64,000 bases of DNA from Octopus vulgaris (Eukaryota), in the NCBI GenBank assembly GCA_951406725.2, contig OX597817.1, positions 15,066,001 through 15,130,000 of the forward strand. The letters are read 5' to 3'. The first letter of the stretch is position 1. Each line of letters begins with the position of its first letter. Positions 1 through 12,076 of this stretch are shown here, piece after piece. A program made the translations under genes and the position numbers. Below the pieces are notes generated by a model. That model was not told the DNA's origin, searched no databases, and saw only the letters and a list, made by a program, of their open reading frames with translations.

Positions 1-2479
1 TATAAGAAAAATTTACTGTCACAAGTTGTCTTGGGGTGGCTTATTCAAATATGCCTCTCCATGGTATGAAACTTGTCACTGTTTTTTTTAAATTATATAT
101 TAATTTTCATTTTTTATGTCAAGTTATACAAAAACAGTTTAACGTTAAACTGAAGGCTTACTCAGTACAGTTTAGTAGATTCAGGTTTATTGATTTTTCA
201 CAAGGAAAAGGTTGGTAGTAATTTCAATGTTTCAGCTTGCCCACTGTAATCTAGGTAAGCAAACTAAAACTTTGAAGTTACTGTCAACCTTTTCCTTGTA
301 AAAATTATATGTACACAGACACACACCACACTCACACATGGTTATAGTTTCAAGGTGTTTATTTTTAAGAGAAGTTAGAAAATTCAAGTAAAAGAAAAGT
401 GAAACAGTCCAACTGTAACTGAAATATAATTTCCTTATCTAGAGCAATGTTTTATCTCTTTACTTTTCAAGACTATATATATTTTGCTTTTGTTTATCTC
501 AGATATTCTACATAATTTTATAAATATCAAAGCATGTCAGTCTTTGTGGTTTTCCTGAGGGATTGTTTCAGCCTTCTTCATGGTTTTGTTATTCCTAATT
601 TTATGCCCCATATTTTCCATCTTTGGTAATTATATCAACTTTTAAACTCTTTCGCTGCTATTATTTGATCAAAATGGTTATTATTTTATTGATATTACGA
701 TAAAGGGAAATCTTTCAAGAGAGATCAACATCAATTTTAATTCCTTTATAAATCAAAGCCAAGTATTATTGAGGTAGTAAGAGTCTTTCGTTCCCATCTT
801 AGTATCCTTTTAAGAAGATGGTTTAAGTTATTAGGTTATAAAGTTATGGAAATAAAAAGAACTACTTATATGAAATTCTGATATATGCTGATCTCTTCTG
901 ACATTATGGTGTTCATCTTATTAAAATAAGAATGAATAATGTTTAAAATGTGTACCATTATATATTCTGATCTCAGCATTATTTCATAAATGATGTTTTC
1001 TTTCAGTCTGAATATTTTCAGTTTAAGATATTGTTTGCAATATTATATTTGGTATATTTTAAGGGTTGCTCTGTGTGCGTGTATGTGTGTGTGCATTTTT
1101 GATTGAGGATACAATTTAGTTTTCAAATTAATTGGTTGGCATTAGTGAATGTACATTACATCTTTACAATCCTGTTAGTAACTTAATTGTTAAATTAGTC
1201 TGTTGACTAATTTTGAAATCATAAACAAGTTAACTCAGATACATACCGTTTTGCGTCTTGTAAGAATGGGAATTAAAATTTTTCTTTTCATGTAGTAAAT
1301 TTGAATTTGAGACTGTTTTAACCTTGTAAATTTATGTTGGTTGTATTCTTCATCGCCATAAAAAAAAAAGAAAAAAAAAAGATATCTATATATATGTTTG
1401 AGCCTGACAGTATATTCTCTTACATTATTCTAAAGACCGTTTGTTCATTGTACTTACTAATTGGTAAAGAAAAGTTCATCACGATTTTTGTCAGCTACAA
1501 TTTTGAAATTTAAATTAAGATTCTAAAATAAATGCAGTCATGAATATCGGTGAATTTGTAATTCCTTTAATAAATGAGATAATACCTTAGAAAGTTGTAG
1601 TTAGTTTTTGTCGGCTAAATCACTATAGAAAATCCATGTAAATAGTTAGTCATTGGGCACTTTTCAAAGCATTTTGAAATAAACCAGTTAACTGTTGTTG
1701 TTGTATCAAAAAGCTCTCTATAGTTTAGATTTAAAACCTATGTTTACTCATTTTTTTTCCAGATGCAATAATAGTATTGTATTAGCTCTAAAATTAGTAG
1801 TCCAATATTTAGCATTGTCTAAACCTCGAGATATAATTATGGGTTTTCATGTAACTATTAAATAATTTTCTAATTAAAAACTAAAATTCTATTTCACACA
1901 GCTTCTGCTACTGACTCTCTGTTGATGAAAAGCAAGTAGATCGCATTCAAATAAAGTTAGTTTGAAAAAAAAAAAAATTTAAAAAACGAAAAAGAATTGA
2001 TATTACTACTTATAGTTTTTATATCAACTTAATTAAAATTTTATCAGAATTATATACTAATATTTTTTTTTTGTTTTGAATGTATACACACATATACATA
2101 TATAAAAAAAATTACTAAAACAGATACATACATGTATGCATGTTTGTTTTATCATTGCTTTTTAATAAGTTTTTTTAATGTTTGATGCATAATTTTAAAA
2201 TATTTTTTTAACACTAAAGTTTTAGGTTTTAAGTTTTCTTCTAAATTAAACTTTTGATAACTATTTTGTATGAACTAGATTGGATGAATTTAATACTTTG
2301 ATTTCATGGGCAATGAAAATCATTGTTTTCCTGTTTTATGATATAGTTTTATCACTATAATTCTCTAATTAATTATTAACAGTTTCAACATTCTTAGGCA
2401 TGATGTCACTGTTGGAATTATGTATAAGAAGTAAAGATTCTGAGGTCAATGGCATCTTAGCCAAATGTGTGTGTATCAT

Positions 2480-2760
2480 TACTATCAACTGGACTAATGA
2501 AAATTGTTATACACCACTGGCCACAATACATTTCCTTGCATTGTTGGAGCTTTCAAATGATGCCACCCTGCTGGCTAGGAAAGCCAGGCCAATATACCTC
2601 TTGAATGGTGCAGGGTACCCATTTACAGCTGAGCGGACTGCAGCAATGTGAAATGAAGTGTTTTGCTCAAGAGCACAGTGCACTGCCAGTCTGGGTATTC
2701 AGACCATGATCTTGCATTCACAAGTGCAATACTCTACCCATTAGGCCACATGCCTTCACA
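2480..2760 (-). mobile_element. Old tRNA-headed SINE (family C-like), degraded
   Basis: Minus strand reads GAAGGCATGTGGCCTAATGGGTAGAG...CTCTTGAGCAAAACACTTCATTTCACATTGCTGCAGTCCGCTCAGCTGTAAATG, similar to the copies at 7301 and 33503. Confidence 0.6.
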
Positions 2761-3911
2761 CACACAACTATATGGATTTATTCTTGATCAAAACATGAAC
2801 TATTTAAGCAATAATCTAGAAATTTTTACTATCACAAATTTCTGAATTTCAATTATATAATGGATAGATTTTCTTTCAGTTTTAGCATGTAACAGCATTT
2901 CTCTTCTCTGAAAGAAACTTAAATTTAATTATATATTTACATATTTTTAAGTAAGTTTACCTATGTGTTTGTATGTATAAAGACATATATATATATATGT
3001 ATATTGTGTGTTTGTGTAATTGCACACATACATACATACACACACATACACGAGTATGTGTGTATGTATGTGTATTTGAGTGTATATACAACTTCTGATT
3101 TTACATTGTATTAAACGGCCCAAAACACTTATATTTTTTTTATTGCATGACAGGAAATAGCAGCTATCGAAATTATTTAAAATGAAAAAAAAGAGGAAAA
3201 TAGCTACTCTTATAGTCTTTCAAATATAATTAACATATATTTGTCTAAACACTTTGTGTGCTTGAATGGTTGAAACTAACTGTGTGTCCTGATGTAGAAA
3301 AAAAATAAATCTGCTTAGTTGTGATTTGTTTCAATCAACTCTAGATACCCCTAGTACGAAAAAAGTTTGCTTTTCTTTGTTGATTTCCCCACTTCCCCAT
3401 ACTACTTTTTTTTAAACATTTGTTATTATTTAAGTTGATTTATCAACAAGACTCGGTCCATCTAAACACTGACTTTTGAAAGCTCTGATCATTATGTACA
3501 CCTGATTTGCGTGGAAAGTTATTTTAATCATGGTTTATTTAATTTCTTTTCTAAAAAACAAAATATTAAAAAAATACAATGAAAAGTACGAAATAAAAAA
3601 AAAGGGTATTCAATTTTAAATTGTTTTTGTCTTTCCATTTGGATGCAAGTGAAGAATGGAACTGATATATGTATATATAATTTTTTTTTTTTTGTGAATA
3701 AAAAAAAAAGTACTGTAAAGGTTTTTTTTTTCTTTTTGTTCATTTTTATTTTTCTGTACTGGTATTCAATCATTTCAAGCTTCCTTTATAAACTTTATCA
3801 CTTTTACCATATGATTTGGCAAAAACTGTAAAGTAGTTTTCTGTATTTTTCATTCCATTTATCTTCAGAGTTTATCAATATTTTCCATTCCTCTAGACTC
3901 AGTTGATCCCT

Positions 3912-4212
3912 TCATCATCATCATTTAGCATCCGCTTTCCATGCTAGCATAGGTTGGATGGTTCAGCTGGGGTCTGTGAAGCCAGAAGGCTGCATCAGGC
4001 CCAGTCTGATCTGGCAGTGTTTCTATGGCTGGATGCACTTCCTAACGCCAACCACTCCGTGAGTGTAGTGGGTGCTTTTTACGTGCCACCCGCACAGGTG
4101 CCAGACGGAGCTGGCAAACGGCTACGGACGGATGGTGCTTTTTACGTGCCACGGGCACGGGGGTCAGGTGAGGCTGGCAACGGCCACGAACGGAAGGTGC
4201 TTTTACGTGCCC
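3912..4212 (-). mobile_element. 5'-truncated RTE-clade LINE 3' UTR copy
   Basis: (CAT)n tail, then TTTAGCATCCGCTTTCCATGCTAGCAT and GGTGCTTTTTACGTGCCAC units; reverse complement of the UTR that follows the RTE ORF at 9180-9710. Confidence 0.8.
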
Positions 4213-4317
4213 TTCAAATATTTATATTCTGGGTGTGATCAGCTCAGTCAACTATACCTTTCATGTGGGATTTTGAAGCATTGGGTTAATGTAAGCAGTC
4301 ATTATTAAAGGTAAATA

Positions 4318-4500
4318 AGGCAGTGAGCTGACAGAACTGGTAGCATGCCAGGTAAAACGATTAGTGGCATCTCATTTGTGTCTATGTTCTGAGTTCAAAT
4401 TCTGTCATGGCTGACTGTGCCTTTCATCCTTTTGGGGTCGATAAAATAAGTACCAGTTGAACACTGCGGTCAATGTAATCGACTTATCCCTTGTGCTAAA
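4318..4500 (+). mobile_element. SINE family B (Meta/MESC-like central domain), diverged
   Basis: GGCAGTGAGCTGACAGAA head and GCCTTTCATCCTTTTGGGGTCGATAAAATAAGTACCAG core, as in the copies at 16921 and 56695. Confidence 0.75.
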
Positions 4501-5114
4501 ATTTAAAACCAATATTAAAGGCATATCCTATAAACTAGAAGACAATCATATGAGGACCAGTTTTATTTCTCTGTTAGAGCTATTCTTTACCATTCCCATT
4601 ACAAATGCTCTTGGCCCATTTTTACCACTTCTCAAAATGTTGGATTCATTTCTCTGTATAAGAGATAATTCTTTGCAAACTAAGTTCTTGATAGAGTTTT
4701 TGTTTCTAGTTGATATGCTTTCATTTTTTTCAAGGTCATTATTTGCTATAATCAGCTTAACACAGTCTTACCTTCGCTTGATATTTGATTTATGTTAGAA
4801 AACATTACAGTTCTTAGCAAATCTAACTTATACTAAAGTAGACAAAGGCACCTTCACCTTGGATATTATGAAGCTTCATGCATATGCTAATCAGCAACCC
4901 AGACTTTAGAAAGCAAACTGGTTGCCAAGTATTTATTTAGAAAATGAAAGCAAAATAAACTTAGGCGTTTTAGGACAAATTAATATGGTCTTGTGTTTAT
5001 GCTTGTTTGTCACCAAATAGTTTGTTAGAATATATTTCTATTATTTTCATAGCTTACTTTTGAAGTTTTTATGATCTATTACCAAATAGAACTGGCTGAT
5101 TCTGAGCCTGCTCT

Positions 5115-5321
5115 TTAACCGTTTAGCATTTAAACCATCCCAAATATTCTACTTGTTTTATGATCAAATTGGCTACATCTGACCTCTCACACCTACCCAA
5201 CAATGTCATACTGAAAATAAACAACCACTTCATCAAAATGTCAAAGCTACAAGATAATGTATGATCACATCAAAATGTGAATAAGTTACATTTGACAGAG
5301 TAATCTGAATCTAAGGAGTTA
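5115..5321. mobile_element. TTAA-flanked MITE (family 2), degraded
   Basis: TTAACCGTTTAGCATTTAAACC...AAGGAGTTAA; internally similar to 46130-46350. Confidence 0.6.
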
Positions 5322-5522
5322 AGTTTAATTACCCCAAATTAAAATAATTTCAACATATTTTTTCTTACAACCTAGGATGTTAAACCTACTGCATTATCAG
5401 TGGTAGGTAGTGATGAAAAAGAATTGAATTTTTCTATACTGTTTTTAAACTTATTTATTTTCTTATGATTGCACAGGTAAGATAGGTTTTTTGTGGAAGC
5501 AGTTGCTTTTACAGCTTGATAC

Positions 5523-5985
5523 TGTAGGAAATACGACCGTATGTGGAGGTTGGCGACATAGGTAAGTCACACGGTTGCATTCCTAACGAAATATTTTTCT
5601 CAAACAGTGAAGATAGCAATGAAGAAAACTATTGCTACAGATAGCCTCTTGCCAGACGTTTTGTCATAGACAAAACAACGATAAAATTGAAGCAAAGATG
5701 ATATTCGAACGGTTGGTCAATTTAACTGGCACTAAGTCACCTATGTGGAATGTTCGAGTGAACATAAGGCCCCTGAGAAATAATAATGGCTGCGTGTTTG
5801 AAAACGGCGGGTCACCAGTGTAGGAAATAATAATGGCTGCGTGTTTGATCACGTCGGGGTCACCAGTGTAGGGAATACGACCGTATGTGGAGGTTGGCGA
5901 CGTAGGTAAGTCACACGGTCGCATTCCTAACGAAATATTTTTCTCAAACAGTGAAGATAGCAATGAAGAAAACAATATTGCTACA
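5523..5985 (-). mobile_element. TRIM-like non-autonomous LTR mini-element
   Basis: Direct repeats at 5523-5639 and 5867-5985, both TGTAG...CTACA; 4-bp TSD ATAC (5519-5522, 5986-5989); 18-nt tRNA-Trp primer-binding site at 5848-5865, 1 nt from the right LTR. Confidence 0.85.
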
Positions 5986-6197
5986 ATACTTTCCCTGGCA
6001 CTAATCACTCAATTGTGAAAGAAGGGTAGAACATGAGTTTCATCAGGAAAACTAGAGCAATGCACATTAATGGTAATACTAATTTGAGAACTTTTGTCCT
6101 TGTGATCATCAGTCCAGACATTTAAAAATTGCTTTGTTAATGTCGAGTGTATAATGTAAATCTGCCAATTGAAGACAGTTTTACAATAAAAATTTTG

Positions 6198-6611
6198 CTC
6201 TCTTTACTCTCTTTTACTTGTTTCAGTCATTTGACTGCGGCCATGCTGGAGCACCGCCTTTAGTCGAGCAAATCGACCCCGGGACTTATTCTTTGTAAGC
6301 CCAGTACTTATTCTATCGATTTCTTTTGCCGAACCGCTAAGTGACGGGGACGTAAACACACCAGCATCGGTTGTCAAGCAATGCTAGGGGGACAAACACA
6401 GAAACACAAACATATACACACACACATATATATATATACATATACACGACAGGCTTCTTTCAGTTTCTGTCTACTAAATCCACTCACAAGGCATTGGTCG
6501 GCCTGGGGCTATAGCAGAAGACACTTGCCCAAGATGCCACGCAGTAGGACTGAACCCGGAACCATGTGGTTGATTAGCAAGCTACTTACCAAACAGCCAC
6601 TCCTGCACCTA
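6198..6611 (-). mobile_element. SINE family A (tRNA head, internal TA/TG microsatellite, AAAGAGT-type tail)
   Basis: Full reverse complement of the about 410-bp family seen at 14221 and 23309. Confidence 0.9.
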
Positions 6612-7300
6612 TATATATATATTAGTAATGGAAGCATTATTAATAGTGAATGACAATCTTTATATTCTGTTTGATGTGGATGTATTATTAGAATGCTCAA
6701 TACTGTGGTATTCACCTTGGGAGGTGCTATGAGTATACATGTATATCATAGTAGATGAGAGCTCTCTGGTATGGGCACTGGAAGTACCAGATCATGTGAT
6801 TTCAGCATACTCAGCTTCGTCAGTGGCAGACTTCTAGTTGTCATATATGAACCAAATTTCAATGCCAACACTATATAGAATAATGGTGATTTTTCTGTCA
6901 GTGATGTCACACATGGCCAGCAGGTTTATCAAAAAAACAAATAAACCAGAATTCCGCCCATATTTGATGGCATAAAAACCACATGAATATATTAGACACA
7001 CCAGAATTTCAGCAGTGCATATTCAAAGAAAAAAAAAAGAGGGTTTTGGTGCATTAAAGGTTGTGGAAGGCTCAACTTCACATATAGGACTTGGTGTGAT
7101 CTTTGAGGCATTCTTTTTGAAAAAAAAAATGCATTTTATATGCCATTAAAAGAAGTTATCTCCAGCTCCTTCACTATTAGTGACAGAAACAGTAATAATA
7201 TCAAATGACAATCTTTATATCCAAGTCAACATGGGTGTATTATTAAGATGCCAAATACTGCGACTGTTATTCTATATATCTTATATATGTATGCGTTTGT

Positions 7301-7643
7301 GAAGGCGCATGGCTCAGTGGTTAGAGCGTCGAGCTTACGATCGTGAGGTTGTGAGCTCGAATCCCGGACCGGGCTGCGTGTTGTGTTCTTGAGCAAGGCA
7401 CTTTATTTCACGTTGCTCCAGTTCACTCAGCTGTAGAAATGAGTTGCGACGTCACTGGTGCCAAGCTGTATCGACCTTTGTCTTTCCCTTGGATAACACT
7501 GGTGGCGTGGAGAGGGGAGGCCAGTATGCATGGGCGACTGCTGGTCTTCCATAAACAACCTTGCCCGGACTTGTGTCTAGGAGGGTAACTTTCTAGGTGC
7601 AATCCCATGGTCATTTATGACCGAAGGGGGTCTTTACTTTACT
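7301..7643 (+). mobile_element. SINE family C (tRNA head, CORE/V-like body)
   Basis: A box TGGCTCAGTGG, B-box variant GCTCGAATCC; 19-bp TSD TATATATGTATGCGTTTGT on both sides. Confidence 0.9.
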
Positions 7644-7670
7644 TTATATATGTATGCGTTTGTAACATTA

Positions 7671-8080
7671 TATAGGTGCAGGAGTGGCTGCGTGGTAAGT
7701 AACTTGCTTACCAACCACATGGTTCCAGGTTCAGTCCCACTGTGGGGCATCTTGGGCAAGTATTTTCTACTATAGCCTCGGGCCGACCAAAGACTTGTGA
7801 GTGGATTTGGTAGACGGAAACTGAAAGAAGTCCGTCGTATATATGTATATATATGTGTGTACTTGTATGTCTGTGTTTGTCCCCCCCCTCCAACATCATT
7901 TGACAACCGATGCTGGTGTGTTTACGTCCCCGTAACTTAGCGGTTCAGCAAAAGAGGCCGATAGAATAAGTACTAGGCTTACAAAGAATGAGTCCTGGGG
8001 TCGATTTACTCAATTAAAGGCAGTGCTCCAGCATGGCCATAGTCATATGACTGAAACAAGTAAAAGAGAGTTAAGAGTAT
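7671..8080 (+). mobile_element. SINE family A
   Basis: GGAGTGGCTGCGTGGTAAG head through GACTGAAACAAGTAAAAGAG tail. Confidence 0.9.
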
Positions 8081-8644
8081 AGATGTGTACATGTGTGTGT
8101 TTGTGAATGTCTTTCTACATGTCATTAAGACTGAGCAAAAAATATCTTACTTGGGGAAAAATGTAGGGGTTGGCAAATGGGAACAACATCTAGCTATAGA
8201 AAACTTAACTCAACAGGTTATGTATATAAGTCATTGTAAAATGAACCTAAAACTGAACATACACATAGATTAAGGGAGGAAAGGTACAACTTTGGACATG
8301 TGTTGTTGTGTTTTTTCTCTTCATCTAAGTAAATTTCAATTAATTATCAATGTCTCATGCAAACCATTCAGTGGACCAGATTTCATCATCATTTTTGAGT
8401 CCACTTTTTCTTGCTCACATGGGTCGAACAGAGTTCATGGAGGCAGATATTTCTTCAGCCAGATGCTTTTCCTGACACCAGCTCTTGCCTGTTTCCAAGA
8501 AATATTTCCTTAAGGCTGGACATGTTTTCATGGAGCATCGGACATGAAGAACACTGATTGTATGATGGTGACATTTGTTTACAACACTCATGCAATGATA
8601 CCAGGTCACACAGTCAAACATACATACACACACAAATCCATATA

Positions 8645-9710
8645 CCCTCTGAGATTGTAGCTGCTAGAATAAGAATAACCTGGGCAAAGTTCAGAGAGCT
8701 CCCACCTCTGCTGATGACAAAGAGCCTCTCGCTCAGAGTAAAAAGGTAGACTGTATGATGCATGTGTGCAAACAGCCATGCTACAAGGCAGTGAAACATG
8801 GGCCATGACTGCTGAGGACATGTGTAAGCTTGCAAGGAATGAAGCTAGTATGCTCTGCTGGATGTGTAATGTCAGTGTGCATACACGACAATGTAAACGC
8901 CCCGAGAGAAAAGTTGAACATAAGAAGCATCAGATGTGGTTTGCAAGAGAGACAACTGTGCTGGTATGGTCATGTGTTGCGTATGGATGAGGACAGCTGT
9001 GTGAAAAAGCATCACACCCTAATAGTAGAGGGAACCTGTGGAAGAGGTAGACCCAGGAAGTCCTGGGATGAGGTGGTGAAGCATGACCTTCGAACGTTGG
9101 GCCTCATGGAGGCGATGACAAGTGACCGAGACCTTTGGAGATATGCTGTGCTTGAGAAGACCCAGCAATCCAAGTGAGACCGTAACTGTGGCCTATACTA
9201 GTGCAGTATAACCGGCTCATTTAAGAGTACCCATCAATCATTGGGCAATAAACTGCGCTTGCGAAGACCTGTTGAGTCAAGGAAAGTCATTGTCGTGGCT
9301 GATGACAGTACTGCCTCACTGGCACCCATGCCGGTGGCATGTAAAATGCACCATTCAAGCGTGGTCAATAACAGTGCTGCCTGATTGGTCTCATACCGGT
9401 GGCATGTAAAAAGCACCATTTGAGCATGGTCACTTCCAGTGCCACCTGACTGGCTCCCATGCTGGTGGCACGTAAAAAGCACTATTCAAGCATAGTCGAT
9501 GCCAGTACCACCTGACTGACCCTCATGTTGGGGGCATGTAAAAAGCACCCACTATACCGTGGAGTGGTTGGCGTTAGGAAGGACATGCAGCTGTAGAAAC
9601 TTTGCCAGATAAGATTGGAGCCTGGTGCAGCCTTCTGGCTAGCCAGCCTTCAGTCAAACCGTCCAACCCATGCCAGCATAGAAAGCGGACGTTAAACGAC
9701 GATGATAATG
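8645..9710 (+). mobile_element. RTE-clade LINE 3' portion (ORF C-terminus plus 3' UTR), frameshifted
   Basis: ARIRITWAKFREL.PLL, MLQGSETWAM, WYGHVLRM and GRGRPRKSW are typical RTE/BovB C-terminal motifs; stop at 9177, then a UTR with GGTGGCAYGTAAAAAGCAC units and a (GAT)n tail. Confidence 0.85.
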
Positions 9711-9719
9711 ATAGTGATA

Positions 9720-10598
9720 TATGTAAAATTAATATAGACAGTGGTATGCAATGTTTAACAAAAAGGAAAACCATAATTATCATTAAATATGACTAGAAAC
9801 ACCTACATTGCTAGAAATAAGAGTTAAAATGCTCTAATGCTGTAGTCAAAGCACATAATTGTAAACATATATACTAGTAGGAACTATAAATGCCTGAAAA
9901 CAGCAATCAAGAATTCTTTATACTGACATCAGTTTCTGCAAATTCTGTTGCCTCATCAGTAAGGACTGGTTCAACAGATTCCAGACTGAATTCTCTATCA
10001 GTATATATGTTTAGAAGGCGCATGGCTCAGTGGTTAGAGCATCGAGCTTACGATCGTGAGGTTGTGAGCTCGAATCCCAGACCGGGCTGCATGTTGTGTT
10101 CTTGAGCAAGACACTTTATTTCACGTTGCTCCAGTTCACTCAGCTGTAGAAATGAGTTGCAGTGTCACAGGTGCCAAGCTGTATCAGCCCTTGCCTTTCC
10201 CTTGGACAACATTGGTGACGTGGAGAGGGGAGGCCGGTATGCATGAGCGACTGCTGGTCTTCCATAAACAACCTCGCCCAGACTTGTGTCTAGGAGGGTA
10301 ACTTTCTAGGTGCAATCCCATGGTCTGTGTCGTGACTGAAGGGGGTCTCCGATATATGTTTTCACTGTAAGAATTCATGGATGATTTAGTGAATCACTAA
10401 TGTGAATTTAGTGAATCACTAATAAGATTAATATAGATAGTGGTATGCAATGTTTACCAAAAAGGTATTCTTGATTGGTATTTTCAGGTGTTTATAGTCC
10501 CTACCAGTATATATGTTTACAATTTTGTGCTTTGACTACAGCATTAGAGTATTTCAGCTCTTATTCCTAACAATGTAGGTGTTTCTAACATCCTAGTC

Positions 10599-10602
<4 letters not shown>
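9720..10602. mobile_element. Old rearranged element with inverted and direct repeats, possibly a Penelope-like terminus
   Basis: About 9785-9915 is inverted at about 10465-10602; about 9727-9765 is repeated directly at about 10428-10464; degenerate hammerhead core on minus at 9920-9962. A SINE C lies inside. Confidence 0.45.
10014..10350 (+). mobile_element. SINE family C
   Basis: Near-identical to the 7301 copy; TSD ATATATGTTT. Confidence 0.9.
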
Positions 10603-10635
<33 letters not shown>

Positions 10636-11142
10636 TATATGTATGATGGGCTTCTTTTAGTTACTGTCTACCAAATCCACTCACAAGGTTTTGCTTGACC
10701 TAGATCTTATAATAGAAGACACTTTCCCAAGGTGACAAGTAGTGGGACTGAACCTGGAACCAAGTTGTCAGCAAACAAGGTTCTCTACCAAACACCCAAG
10801 CCCTAATTCATGTTATTGGCCAGTGTTAGTCACTTCTCATTGCTTGTTTTATTTTTTATTATGCAAATTAAACTGGCAAAAAGGCATTCATGACTCTTTC
10901 TCTATTATAAAAAAAGATCTATGTGAACTGAGCAAGTAGACTTGGTTAGACTATAATTATGAGGTTTAATGGGTTGGAAAATGTCCATAGTTGTCTTTTG
11001 CTTTTAAAAGATAGCCATGCTAGGTATGTCCCATGTCCTGGTGAAGACACTTTCAGCTCAAACCGTGTACTCTATACAATAACTACCCAGTAACATGACG
11101 CAACTTGCACTCCTACATAAAAAAATAACTTATGTAGAATTA

Positions 11143-11420
11143 AATAATAATAATAAAACATTGTGTACAGTGCTCAAGTGCACTACAACTCATCTAAAGT
11201 GTATGTATAGTACATAGGGTAATGTACAAGCGTCGGGAAAAGAACAGTGCATGAGTCATGACATACACATATGTGTATGAGTACGGAAGGGGGACAATCA
11301 GGTGTAGTTTCGGTGGATTTCGGAGAGCATGAGGGCCTTAAAGGATGCAGTGTCATGGCAGTCAACAACTGACGCAGGCAGTTTGTTCCATGCTTCAGCA
11401 ACTCTGAGCGTGAAAAATTG
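11143..11420 (-). mobile_element. CR1-clade LINE 3' end fragment
   Basis: Matches the 3' end of 26695-28197 (FFTLRVAEAWNKLP), with a (TAA)n tail on +. Confidence 0.8.
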
Positions 11421-11519
11421 TAGTGCAACAACTTGAGCTATTCTCATTCTTCACAACTGCAACTCATTCATTCTACACGAACCATATGCAACAAACTCTT
11501 CACAATTATTGTCCTACAC

Positions 11520-11720
11520 CAATGGTTTTCAACCAGGGTTCCGCCAGTACAGTCCAGGGGTTCTGCAAGAAGTTACAAAAATGCTAAAATCGACAGTAAT
11601 TTTTAATCCTCCTGTGCAGATATGTGTGCATAAGACTATTAAATTATTGCACAGGGGTTCCTTGAGCCAGTGGAATGTTTCCTTGGGGTTCCGCTCCAGC
11701 AAAAAGGTTGAAAAGCACTG
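11520..11720 (+). mobile_element. hAT-type MITE
   Basis: TIRs CAATGGTTTTCAACC / GGTTGAAAAGCACTG; 8-bp TSD TCCTACAC. Confidence 0.85.
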
Positions 11721-12076
11721 TCCTACACTGAAACATATTATGCCAATCATACAACATATACAAAACATAATCACCACCCCACAAAATAATATGACCCATA
11801 TTGCACATATTCTCTACACCAGGAGATACAAGGAAAGCACAAGAAACAATGAGCCAAACCCCATAAAAAAAAAAAGAAAAGCAAACTGATGCAGTTTGCC
11901 TATGCAAGTCTACGATCCAAAAAGACAATGGTGAACACACTTCAGGAACTTGGAGTTGCACCTGGTGATGGATTCGATCAGTGATGCGCAACCCGTGGTC
12001 AGCAGCTTGCAAAGGTATTTTGTTTGGCCTGCAAAACCATTTTGCTAAGATTTTCTTTATTTTAATAAATGACTTT

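Noticed and set aside
1-3850. Long 3' UTR of an upstream gene
   Set aside because: T-rich, repeat-poor composition and several AATAAA motifs are suggestive, but no exon or stop codon can be tied to it within this window.
6381-6653. Recurrent ORFs such as RRASFSFRLPNPLTR..., FLQLDALPNANH... and VTLCVTLNIPENYVKG...
   Set aside because: Chance translations of high-copy SINE and RTE-UTR sequence, not host genes.
7303-7375. tRNA genes at SINE heads (also 10017, 13153, 28513, 21361)
   Set aside because: A and B boxes are present but acceptor stems are poor, and each head runs into a repeat body, often with a TSD.
9290-9550. CRISPR-like repeat/spacer pattern (GGTGGCAYGTAAAAAGCAC units)
   Set aside because: The linkers are related to each other, the array is the 3' UTR of an RTE LINE, the context is eukaryotic, and there are no cas genes.
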